A stretch of 41,500 bases of DNA from a virus, in the UHGV virus genome UHGV-0377100; one strand, given 5' to 3'. The notes beneath the pieces were generated by a model. The model ran no database searches, was not told where the DNA came from, and saw nothing but the letters and a program-made list of their open reading frames with translations. Made by a program: the position numbers and the translations under genes. Shown in pieces: positions 1 to 7,539 of the stretch (position 1 is its first letter; the number at the start of each line of letters is the position of its first letter).

Positions 1-171
1 TCGAATTCTGAACTTGACTATGTGCGGAATGAGCTAAGTAAAGAATTGAATGTAGATGTCAATGAAAATATGCCAGCTAGCATGTTCAAGAAAGCTATGG
101 AAGTTCTGAAGCAATGGATACAACAATTCCAACCACAACCAGAAGAAAACATTACATGGGGGCAAAACTAA
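1..171 (+). CDS. 3' end of an upstream ORF truncated by the window start (C-terminal 56 aa). Its stop overlaps the next start (TAATG), so it belongs to the recombination/replication module.
   Basis: Open frame 1 from position 1 to TAA at 169-171; ATGA-type overlap with the ATG at 171. Confidence 0.4.
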   Translation, partial: SNSELDYVRNELSKELNVDVNENMPASMFKKAMEVLKQWIQQFQPQPEENITWGQN

Positions 172-1094
172 TGACAAACGAATTAACAACAGAATTGCAG
201 TTTAGTGTTGATTTTAAAGCCAGTGAAATTACCATTCAAAACGAAGTGCAGCTAGCTTCGATTGTCGACAGTGCTGTTGAACATTATTCAACAATGATTT
301 TTACAGATGAGAATATTCCCGACGCAAAAAAAGCTAGAGCAGATTTGAAAAAAGTATCTGATTTACTAGAAAACCAACGAAAAAATATAAAAAAAGAATA
401 CAGTGAACCTTTAAAAAAATTCGAGGACAAAATAAAAAAATATACTGGTAAAATCAATCTAGTGCGCTCAAGCATCGATGAAAATATTAAGTCTTATGAA
501 GAAACCGAACGCAATAAACGAAACGAAAAGCTTCAAGAAGTAATTGCTGAAATGTCTGAAAACTATGGTGTTGATATCAATGAATTTGAAATTTCGGATT
601 CATGGTTAAATAAAACATCTTTCACTGCTAAAGGTGAATTAACCAAAAAAACTATTGAAGACATCGCAACAGTAATGTATTCAGCAGCAAAGGAAAAAGA
701 GCGTATCAAAAACGATAAGCTCATTGTTGAAAATTATGCTAAGGCAGTTGGCCTTGACTCGTTTTCTTGGGTCGCATTAATCGATAAAGGGTCTACTGCA
801 CCAGAACTGATAAAAGAAATTGATTCCGCCGTTGCTTTAAAAAAAGAACAAGAAGAACGTGAAAGAGCAAAAAGGGAACACGACGAAGCCATTGCTGCTT
901 TGAAAACTGAAACAATCAACAATAAAACGGTTGACACTGCGACAGGTGAAATCATCACGGAAAAAGCGCCAAAAACCAGCAAAAAACAACAAGAGAAAAC
1001 AGTTACGTTAAGACTAACAGCAGAGCATCAAAAGTTAGTTGCTCTAAACAATTTTATTATTAATAACGGGATTCAAGTGGAAGTGATTGAATGA
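171..1094 (+). CDS. Phage protein with coiled-coil, DUF1351-like, of the kind usually found next to Sak/ERF/RecT genes.
   Basis: ORF track 114..1094. The ATG at 171 is coupled to the upstream stop. The protein is Lys/Glu-rich with coiled-coil character and its composition fits the DUF1351 family. Family assignment is from memory, not a search. Confidence 0.55.
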   Translation: MTNELTTELQFSVDFKASEITIQNEVQLASIVDSAVEHYSTMIFTDENIPDAKKARADLKKVSDLLENQRKNIKKEYSEPLKKFEDKIKKYTGKINLVRSSIDENIKSYEETERNKRNEKLQEVIAEMSENYGVDINEFEISDSWLNKTSFTAKGELTKKTIEDIATVMYSAAKEKERIKNDKLIVENYAKAVGLDSFSWVALIDKGSTAPELIKEIDSAVALKKEQEERERAKREHDEAIAALKTETINNKTVDTATGEIITEKAPKTSKKQQEKTVTLRLTAEHQKLVALNNFIINNGIQVEVIE

Positions 1095-1771
1095 ACCTAA
1101 ACAATGTTTATTCTGCTGTTATTAAGAGTTTGAAAAACAACTCAATAACAGCAGTAATAAACGAAGCAATAAATATTGAACGATTAAAAACCATGTATTT
1201 TGATTATACAGGGCCAAGAGAAGTTGAAATAAGATTTATTGATCCGAGAAAATTTAGTGTTGCCCAACGTCGATTTATCTTTGCAATGCTAGAGGACATA
1301 TTCTCTTTCACAGGGCAAGAAACGGAAGTGTTAAAGGAAATGTTCTATCTCAGGTTTGAAGCGTTACAAGGCTATGAAATTAGCCTCAGAAACGACTCAA
1401 CGAACACAATGGACGATGCAACCATTTTAGCGAACATTATCTTGAATTTCATCTTTGAAAATAATATTCCTTTCAAAAAAGGGTACGACATTTTACCAGC
1501 AAATCAAGAATATTACTTTTATAAATGTATCACTAACCGAGTTTGTTGTATTTGTGGCAAAACTGGTGCAGATATTGACCATTTCGATAAAGCGCTAGGT
1601 CGACGCAAAAGAAAAAGCGTTGACCATACAGAATACACTTACGCTGGTTTATGTCGATGCCATCACACAGAAAAACACAACATTGGTATTACAGCATTTA
1701 AGAAAAAATATCATGTTAAAGGGATTAAATTAAATCAAGAAACAATAAAGAAATTGCATATTGGAGTTTAA
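1091..1771 (+). CDS. Phage protein with a C-terminal HNH-type nuclease/zinc-binding motif.
   Basis: C-terminus CCICGKTGADIDHFDK...GLCRCHHTEKH matches the CxxC ... DH ... CxCHH..KH pattern of HNH domains. 4-nt overlap with the upstream gene. Confidence 0.5.
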   Translation: MNLNNVYSAVIKSLKNNSITAVINEAINIERLKTMYFDYTGPREVEIRFIDPRKFSVAQRRFIFAMLEDIFSFTGQETEVLKEMFYLRFEALQGYEISLRNDSTNTMDDATILANIILNFIFENNIPFKKGYDILPANQEYYFYKCITNRVCCICGKTGADIDHFDKALGRRKRKSVDHTEYTYAGLCRCHHTEKHNIGITAFKKKYHVKGIKLNQETIKKLHIGV

Positions 1772-2722
1772 ATGGAAGGAGGGCATACGTTGTCAGATAA
1801 ACAGAAAAAGCGTTATTACTGGCTTAAATTGAAAGAAAACTTTTTTGAAGAAGACACAATCGAATGGTTAGAAGAACAACCCAACGGAAAAGAGTACTGC
1901 TTAATATACCTAAAATTATGTTTGAAATCTTTAAAAACTGATGGGGTGTTAGTAAGGAACGTTGGCAGCATGTTAATCCCTTACGATGCCGAGACACTCG
2001 CTAGGGTCACAAATTCCACCGTCGACACTGTAAAAGTTGCGATGGATTTATTTAAGAAAATAGGACTAATACAGTTGCTCGATACTGGTGAAATATATAT
2101 CAATCAACTTAATGAACTAGTTGGATCTGAGACAGAAGCAGCCAAACAAAAACGCTTGCAAAGGTCAAAGGTGGACAATGTCCCTAAATTGTCCTCTGAA
2201 TGTCCTGAAAATGTCGCCCAGAGTATAGAGTTAGAGTATAGAGATAAGAGTATAGAGAAAGATAATAAAGAAGAGCCAAAGAAATCTCCTTGTAAATATT
2301 CTGACGAACATTTACGTCTTGCTCAAAAATTACAAAATAATTTAATCAATGATTTTCCGAGTGAAATGAAAAGAGTGAACATTGAAAAGTGGGCTGACAC
2401 GTTTAGGCTAATCGAAGAACGAGATCAACAAACTATTGCAGCAATTGACTATGTTCTTGATTGGTTACCGACTAATTCATTCTGGTTTGGAAACATTAGA
2501 AGTGCTTCTAAACTAAGAACACAGTTTGAAAAACTAAAATTTGAAATCAAGAATGAAAAAGAACGTGGTCAACAACGAGCGGCTTACCAACGTCAAAACG
2601 TTAGGACTGAAAATTTACCAGAATGGGCAAAAGAACCAAATAATCAGCAAGAAGAAAAGCTATCGCCAGAAGAGCAAGCTGAACTTGATAGACAAATAAA
2701 AGAATACTTGGAGGGAAAATAA
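1772..2722 (+). CDS. Phage replisome organizer (Phage_rep_org_N-type N-terminal domain with a DnaD-like C-terminal part).
   Basis: N-terminus KRYYWLKLKENFFEEDTIEWLEE..GKEYCLIYLKLCLKS is the characteristic replisome-organizer N-domain signature. It is followed by rusA. Confidence 0.7.
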   Translation: MEGGHTLSDKQKKRYYWLKLKENFFEEDTIEWLEEQPNGKEYCLIYLKLCLKSLKTDGVLVRNVGSMLIPYDAETLARVTNSTVDTVKVAMDLFKKIGLIQLLDTGEIYINQLNELVGSETEAAKQKRLQRSKVDNVPKLSSECPENVAQSIELEYRDKSIEKDNKEEPKKSPCKYSDEHLRLAQKLQNNLINDFPSEMKRVNIEKWADTFRLIEERDQQTIAAIDYVLDWLPTNSFWFGNIRSASKLRTQFEKLKFEIKNEKERGQQRAAYQRQNVRTENLPEWAKEPNNQQEEKLSPEEQAELDRQIKEYLEGK

Positions 2723-3129
2723 TGCGAATTATCCTACCAATTGAACCAAAGCCACAAAGTCGCCCGAGGTTTGCAAGGCGTGGGAATTATGTCCAAACCT
2801 ATGAAGATAGCGCTATGAGAGCCTATAAACAAAAGGTAAAAGCGTATCTACGAAAGACAAAACCAGAATTGATTGAAAAAGGGGCTATTTTTACGCATAT
2901 TACGTTTTACATCGCTGCCCCTAAATCTCTATTAAGTTCTAAAAAGAAACGCTTAGAAGTGGAATTATAGTGGAAATATTGCGATAAGAAACCTGACTTG
3001 GATAATTATTTCAAAGCAGTCACTGATGCTGCCGAAGGTATTTTATATAAAAACGATGTTTGTCAAAAGTTGTACAGTATACGACCACGAACAGAACTAG
3101 AAATTACAAGTTTGGAGGAACAAGTGTAG
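2722..3129 (+). pseudogene. rusA: RusA Holliday-junction resolvase interrupted by an in-frame amber TAG at 2968-2970. The catalytic KPDLDN motif lies downstream of the stop.
   Basis: N-terminus MRIILPIEPKPQSRPRF is a RusA signature. The same frame continues after the TAG as WKYCDKKPDLDNYFKAVTDAAEGILYKNDV... to TAG at 3127-3129. Uninterrupted length would be 135 aa, the normal RusA size. Confidence 0.65.
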
Positions 3130-3286
3130 TGGGTAAAACGGGTAAACAGATCAAAGAGAATTATTCGGTTAGAAAGCGAGTAAAGAAGATGCTTAAATTT
3201 AAAGAATTTAATATTCAATTATTCGACGTTCACATTTATATAAAAAGGCTAAGTAGTTTTAAAACCAACAAAAAATAGTATAAAAA

Positions 3287-3312
3287 AACTAACTAGTTTC
3301 CGCTAGCTAGTT
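3287..3312. repeat. Hairpin H1: 10-bp stem with one mismatch and loop TTTCCG, preceded by an A7 run (a U-run on the minus strand).
   Basis: AACTAACTAG-TTTCCG-CTAGCTAGTT. Confidence 0.6.
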
Positions 3313-3416
3313 ATAGATACATTTTCATCTCAGATAGAGACAATTAATAATACATTACTATGAAATTTAAGGCAACAAAAAAAGCCAGCTGACCACTAGC
3401 TGACTTATGTGGTAGA

Positions 3417-3440
3417 AACAACTGTTTTCCGCCAGTTGTT
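3417..3440. repeat. Hairpin H1b: perfect 8-bp stem, loop TTTTCCGC.
   Basis: AACAACTG-TTTTCCGC-CAGTTGTT. Confidence 0.55.
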
Positions 3441-3819
3441 CTTTAGGTGTGAGTTAGCACTTTCCCCAAATAAAGTGCTATTAAAAAGCCGATTAAAAAT
3501 CGACAATAAATCTCTTGCAGAGACGTGTACTACTATTAACTGTTTACCAGAAGTTAATGTAGAAAAGGAGGAAATTTATTTCATAAATAAAATCCCCAAG
3601 AAAGTTAAAGTGATTATACCATTGAAAAATAGATTTGAAAATACTTTCTATGCCAAAAATATTTATTAGATGGAAAATAGCAAATGAATAAAGATGATGT
3701 GAAAGATGACGAATGGAAGATTGTAAAATATTGTAGAATTATTATTGTTTTCTTTATAGTCAACCAATAATTTGTTGACTACAAACATGTATGAGTGATG
3801 AATATTTTGATAAATAAAT

Positions 3820-3845
3820 AGCCAGTCGGTTTCCGCCGACTGGCT
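3820..3845. repeat. Hairpin H2: perfect 10-bp stem, loop TTTCCG.
   Basis: AGCCAGTCGG-TTTCCG-CCGACTGGCT, preceded by an A-rich tract. Confidence 0.65.
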
Positions 3846-3954
3846 GAGAAGTGAATAGCTATTGGAATAGTATTCTTAGTATAATTTATATCATATAGAG
3901 TCGCTGATGAGCAAAGGATAAGCATTACTTATATATATTTGGATAAATAAAAAA

Positions 3955-3980
3955 AGCTACTTAGTTTCCGCTAAGCAACT
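3955..3980. repeat. Hairpin H3: 10-bp stem with two mismatches, loop TTTCCG, preceded by an A7 run.
   Basis: AGCTACTTAG-TTTCCG-CTAAGCAACT. Confidence 0.55.
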
Positions 3981-4036
3981 CTTAAATGATGATATGTTTA
4001 TTATAAATTATTATACCACAAAAGGAGCGATTTCAC

Positions 4037-4453
4037 TTGATTAAATTGCTAAGAGAAGTAGATTTTCGACAAACAAAAGCGAATGCCAGAAATGTGTTGA
4101 AGAACTTTAGACGTTTAGAGCGAATAGCTGGTCGCTCTTTGATAGATTTAAAATCACCAATTATTACAGATATGCCTAAAAGCCAAAGTCACGGGAATAA
4201 AGCAGAAGATTCGCTAGTACAATTAGCAGATGCAGAAGCAGAAAGAGACGCAATTTTATCTGCGCTTATGGCATTGAGCCTAACTAGCAGACAAATTTTG
4301 CATTATAGTTTCTGTGTGCAGGATCATTACTCTAATTACAAGATAGCTAGGGAAGTTGGATATTCCGAAAGAAGTATTCAACGCATGAAATCAGAAGCTT
4401 TAATTGAATTTGCTGAAGCTTATCGAAATGGAAAAATAATTGCCTATAAATAA
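4037..4453 (+). CDS. arpU: ArpU/RinA-family phage late-gene transcriptional activator.
   Basis: 138 aa. N-terminus TKANARNVLKNFRRLERIAG and C-terminal sigma-region-4-like HTH (YSERSIQRMKSEALIEF) are typical of the ArpU family. Placed upstream of the packaging genes. Confidence 0.7.
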   Translation: MIKLLREVDFRQTKANARNVLKNFRRLERIAGRSLIDLKSPIITDMPKSQSHGNKAEDSLVQLADAEAERDAILSALMALSLTSRQILHYSFCVQDHYSNYKIAREVGYSERSIQRMKSEALIEFAEAYRNGKIIAYK

Positions 4454-4457
4454 AATT

Positions 4458-4486
4458 TTGGCGGTTTTTTGGCGGAAAGTTGGCGG
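4458..4486 (+). promoter_or_regulatory. Three direct TTGGCGG repeats spaced exactly 11 bp apart, immediately downstream of the arpU stop.
   Basis: TTGGCGG at 4458, 4469 and 4480, each followed by a T/A tract. The one-helical-turn phasing suggests a protein-binding array. Confidence 0.5.
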
Positions 4487-4518
4487 TTTTTATACGAATT
4501 TGAGTGCTAATATAGTAA

Positions 4519-4592
4519 TATCGAAAGTCAAAGAAATGGACACATTACACAACGCTTTCTGGTTTAGTCACCGTTTGATTTGACTTTCGATA
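4519..4592. repeat. 14-bp perfect inverted repeat (TATCGAAAGTCAAA / TTTGACTTTCGATA) separated by 46 bp.
   Basis: Arms at 4519-4532 and 4579-4592. The motif ATATCGAAA also recurs upstream of terS. Confidence 0.5.
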
Positions 4593-4678
4593 GTCACTTG
4601 CAGACTTACGTTCTCAATAAAATGAAGTGAGGTGAATAACCTCCTCTTTTTTCTACAGGTTTGCAATGAATAACACTC

Positions 4679-4707
4679 TTGATCGAACTCTAGTTCGGGT
4701 GTATAAT
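4679..4707 (+). promoter_or_regulatory. Sigma-A type promoter with an extended -10 (TTGATC, 17 bp, TGtTATAAT) upstream of the moron cassette.
   Basis: -35 TTGATC at 4679-4684, TG at 4700-4701, -10 TATAAT at 4702-4707. A weak hairpin plus T-run terminator lies just upstream at 4629-4652. Confidence 0.5.
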
Positions 4708-4827
4708 AAGAAGTATAATCCTTATGGTTATATCTGCTAGAAAGAAGTCGAGAAAAGCACTTGTTTTTCTGACTTCTTTTTGATTTAATTAATATAGCAG
4801 GTATAAATTAAATAAGGAGTGTTACAA

Positions 4828-5742
4828 ATGAACATAGGTAATTTGAGAAATTTTATTTCAAATGTTGAAGCGGATGATAATGATAGTGTTGAAATGAAAA
4901 TGATTCAAAAAATAGGGAACGGTATATGGAGTCATACTCCACAGTTGACTATAGCGATGAGGGAAGAATTAAAAGTTTTTTACACTGAAATCCTTAATAA
5001 TAATTTTTTTGATTTAGAACAAAGTGAGTATAATCCTAATATAGTAATCGAAGGTTCACTACAAGTTTCAGATTTGACAAATGCTCACATCAATGAAGTA
5101 TTAGCTGAAATAGATCTTGAAGAAAACTGTAATGATGATATGGGAAATGTAGATTTAGATAAAATAAATTATTACAGATTTAAATTTAATTATAATGGAA
5201 ATAGTCTTTATATTTTTAGACGATTCACTAAAATGAAAAAAATTAGAAATGGTATTTTAGGTCGTTTTCAGGATAATACATTTAGAAAAATAGAGACTGA
5301 TGATTTTTTTGGAATAGATCGTGATATTGATATTTTGTTATTTGATAATGAGGCACTGATAGTCAATCGCTTTGCATTACAGACTATTTTTAAGCTTAAT
5401 GATTATTTTATTGAAAGAGCGACAACGGCGTTAAGCGAACTAGAAGAAGAAAACGTATTAGTAAATTTTGAAGACTTTAAAAATGATTGTTTAAATGATA
5501 AACTGGCAGCAAGAAGAATGACAAAAATCATTAATACCGAAGGTCGTTTGGAAGGCTTTTTACAGAATACAAGAAATTTGCCTGAGGTAATTGAACATTT
5601 TGATTTAGAAATAGAATTGAATGATAATAATCAAATCATATATAACGGAAGTAAAGAAGCACGAAGTCAGATTTTATTTTGCATATCAGATGCATATTAT
5701 CAATCGCTTATACTCCAAAGATTAGGTGAAGATCCTTCATAA
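4828..5742 (+). CDS. Hypothetical cytoplasmic protein, moron gene 1 (acidic, 305 aa).
   Basis: ORF track 4819..5742 opens with GTG. ATG at 4828 sits 8 nt after the AAGGAG RBS. No family recognised. Located in the arpU-terS moron hotspot. Confidence 0.6.
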   Translation: MNIGNLRNFISNVEADDNDSVEMKMIQKIGNGIWSHTPQLTIAMREELKVFYTEILNNNFFDLEQSEYNPNIVIEGSLQVSDLTNAHINEVLAEIDLEENCNDDMGNVDLDKINYYRFKFNYNGNSLYIFRRFTKMKKIRNGILGRFQDNTFRKIETDDFFGIDRDIDILLFDNEALIVNRFALQTIFKLNDYFIERATTALSELEEENVLVNFEDFKNDCLNDKLAARRMTKIINTEGRLEGFLQNTRNLPEVIEHFDLEIELNDNNQIIYNGSKEARSQILFCISDAYYQSLILQRLGEDPS

Positions 5743-5764
5743 ACAGAGGAAAGAGGTGAAGAGA

Positions 5765-6349
5765 ATGAGGACGATACAGAAAACATTATTTTATATGTCT
5801 TCTTTTATACCACTTTATCTGTTATTGATTGTTCAAAACTTCAAGTTCAGAAATGAATCAGGAAAATTTTCTTGGCAAACGATCTTTGATCAAATTAATT
5901 TTTCAAATAAAATTATTACATTATTTTGGATTGGCTTAATAGTCATGATTATTCTATCATTATTTGGATGTGTTATCTTTTTTAAGATTTATGGTGCAAA
6001 AGAAGGTAGAAATGGTAGCATATCAGATGCAGAATTTGTTAGAGAAGACACTATGGGGTATATTGTGACATATATAATTCCGTTGTTATCCATGGATATA
6101 ACAAGTTTGAGAAGCTTAGTAGTTAATTTACTGTTATTTATCATTATAGGGACTTTTTATGTTAAGAACGATCAGATATTTATGAACCCATTATATAATT
6201 TATTTGGGTATAATATATTTTCTGCTGAAAGTGGAATTTATATCACTAAAATATCCAAGCAAAAGTTGAAATTGTTTGCTAAAAGAGATGTAAAAGTTAA
6301 AAAGATAAATATAATGGGAGATATATACGTACTGAAAGAAAATGAATAA
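5765..6349 (+). CDS. Hypothetical 4-TM membrane protein, moron gene 2.
   Basis: ORF track 5726..6349. ATG at 5765 follows the AAGAGGTG RBS. Four hydrophobic helices (LFYMSSFIPLYLLLIV, IITLFWIGLIVMIILSLFGCVIFF, GYIVTYIIPLL, LVVNLLLFIIIGTFYV). Tightly linked to gene 1. Confidence 0.6.
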   Translation: MRTIQKTLFYMSSFIPLYLLLIVQNFKFRNESGKFSWQTIFDQINFSNKIITLFWIGLIVMIILSLFGCVIFFKIYGAKEGRNGSISDAEFVREDTMGYIVTYIIPLLSMDITSLRSLVVNLLLFIIIGTFYVKNDQIFMNPLYNLFGYNIFSAESGIYITKISKQKLKLFAKRDVKVKKINIMGDIYVLKENE

Positions 6350-6355
6350 ATTAGT

Positions 6356-6382
6356 AGCCATCGCTTATGTGGTGGCTTTTTA
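6356..6382 (+). terminator. Rho-independent terminator after the two-gene moron.
   Basis: AGCCATCGC-TTATG-TGGTGGCT followed by TTTTT. Near-identical to the terminator at 7378. Confidence 0.6.
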
Positions 6383-6410
6383 TAATGAATAATATTTTGT
6401 TTTTTTATAT

Positions 6411-6483
6411 CGGCGTGTAGCTAAATAGGTGATAGCGATTGATTTTTAATCAAGTACATGCAGGTTCGACTCCTGTCACGCCA
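6411..6483 (+). tRNA. tRNA-like gene, anticodon TTT (Lys), 73 nt, no encoded CCA.
   Basis: Manual fold: acceptor stem 6 of 7 pairs (C1 and A72 unpaired); U8; D-stem GCTA/TAGC with a GG-containing loop; anticodon stem 4 pairs plus an A-G closing mismatch; loop TTTTTAA with U33 and A37; 5-nt variable loop; T-stem GCAGG/CCTGT; T-loop TTCGACT. Confidence 0.4.
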
Positions 6484-6789
6484 ATAAGTGGCAAAACCAC
6501 TTAAATAAATTAGGAAACGTCAATAGATGTTTCTATCCTTCACGAGGAGGCATTCGCTTGTAGGATGTCTCTTTTTATATGCAAAAATACTTATAATTAA
6601 ATCATCAGAAATACATGATAGATTATAAGGAAACATAAATATCAAATTTGTAAAGCATTATATACTAAAAAGAGAATTATATATGATCACAAGTGGCACT
6701 CTAAAAGTAGAAGAAATAAAAAAAAGTAACACTATGAAAAGTACTCAACCTAAGGTAAAATAAAACAAAGATACTTTGGGGGGGTATAT

Positions 6790-7353
6790 ATGAGTTTTGT
6801 ATCGATTGCGGGTAATAAGAAATATATCAATGTCATGAGTGATGGTTTAGCAGTATATCAGGATGGGACAAGAGAAGAAAACTGGGAAAAATTTGTCAAT
6901 TACGATAATAAAAGATTTATAGCTTTCGCAGGAACCGTCCATTATTGTCAAAATGTGGTTACAGAAGCTTCTAAATATTTAGAGTTACCATACAATCAAT
7001 GGGTGAATCGGATTAAAGAATACGTCTCAAATATGCCGTATTCACAAGAAACGGGTAAAGCCATAATCTGTGTAGGTGGTAAGGATGGAACGTTAAAGTT
7101 TTCAAGTTTTTCAAATAAACCTGGGCAAAACTTTTATGATTTTGAATTAGTTGATGATAATATTCACTATGTGTTTTTAAGCAACATGGATGAAGAGGAT
7201 TTATTGGACAAAAAGTTTATGGAATTTGTAAAGAGATATCGTTCTGCTAAATCAAGAGATGTTCTGTTAGCTCAAAGAGATTTGAATAATTATGTTTCAG
7301 ATTTGAATCCAAATACTGTGAACAAAAATACTAGTTATTTTGTTTTGAAATGA
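6790..7353 (+). CDS. Hypothetical protein (187 aa), single-gene moron cassette.
   Basis: ORF with a GGGGG RBS. No recognisable family. Has its own upstream AT-rich promoter region and its own terminator. Confidence 0.6.
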   Translation: MSFVSIAGNKKYINVMSDGLAVYQDGTREENWEKFVNYDNKRFIAFAGTVHYCQNVVTEASKYLELPYNQWVNRIKEYVSNMPYSQETGKAIICVGGKDGTLKFSSFSNKPGQNFYDFELVDDNIHYVFLSNMDEEDLLDKKFMEFVKRYRSAKSRDVLLAQRDLNNYVSDLNPNTVNKNTSYFVLK

Positions 7354-7377
7354 TAGCTATTATTTTATTAAATTGAA

Positions 7378-7403
7378 AGTCATCGTTTATACGGTGGCTT
7401 TTT
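7378..7403 (+). terminator. Rho-independent terminator after moron gene 3, a near-copy of the terminator at 6356.
   Basis: AGTCATCG-TTTATA-CGGTGGCT (two G-U pairs) followed by TTTTT. Confidence 0.6.
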
Positions 7404-7410
7404 CATATAC

Positions 7411-7441
7411 AAAAAAACCGCTAATATCGAAAAATTAGCGG
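7411..7441 (-). terminator. Opposite-strand hairpin with a U-run on the minus strand (CCGCTAAT-ATCGAAAA-ATTAGCGG, preceded by A7 on the plus strand).
   Basis: Perfect 8-bp stem. Acts as a bidirectional insulator together with the terminator at 7378. Confidence 0.45.
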
Positions 7442-7539
7442 ATAGGAAGTTATAGTAAGACTTGTTGAAAGAATTATGATAGGTAAATATCGAAAACAAA
7501 ACTCAACCATTTAGATGAAAAGTGAGGTGGTGTTAATGG

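Noticed and set aside
284-475. Antisense ORFs nested in coding genes (284..475, 734..982, 7650..7883, 7950..8174, 15206..15538, 15799..16257, 16551..16820, 16747..16962, 17648..17899, 18281..18604, 18863..19234, 20250..20444, 20567..20752, 20828..21046, 21362..21598, 22167..22400, 22836..23036, 25585..25788, 26821..27015, 27992..28258, 29434..29619, 33272..33499, 35674..36063, 38408..38596, 39415..39699, 40923..41247) and the same-strand nested ORF 9824..10012
   Set aside because: Each lies entirely within a longer, better-supported ORF on the opposite strand or in another frame. They have no RBS and their composition is that of AT-rich antisense. None is called as a gene.
3060-3669. ORFs 3060..3278 and 3409..3669 in the structured non-coding gap
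   Set aside because: 3060..3278 overlaps the true C-terminal half of rusA in another frame. 3409..3669 spans hairpin H1b and has no RBS. The region is better explained as non-coding and hairpin-rich.
4828-6349. Calling the two-gene moron a Kiwa (KwaA/KwaB) system
   Set aside because: Only the size and topology pattern (roughly 300-aa soluble plus roughly 200-aa 4-TM) is reminiscent. The gene order is the reverse of canonical Kiwa and I cannot recall diagnostic motifs. It is left as an unclassified candidate defense cassette.
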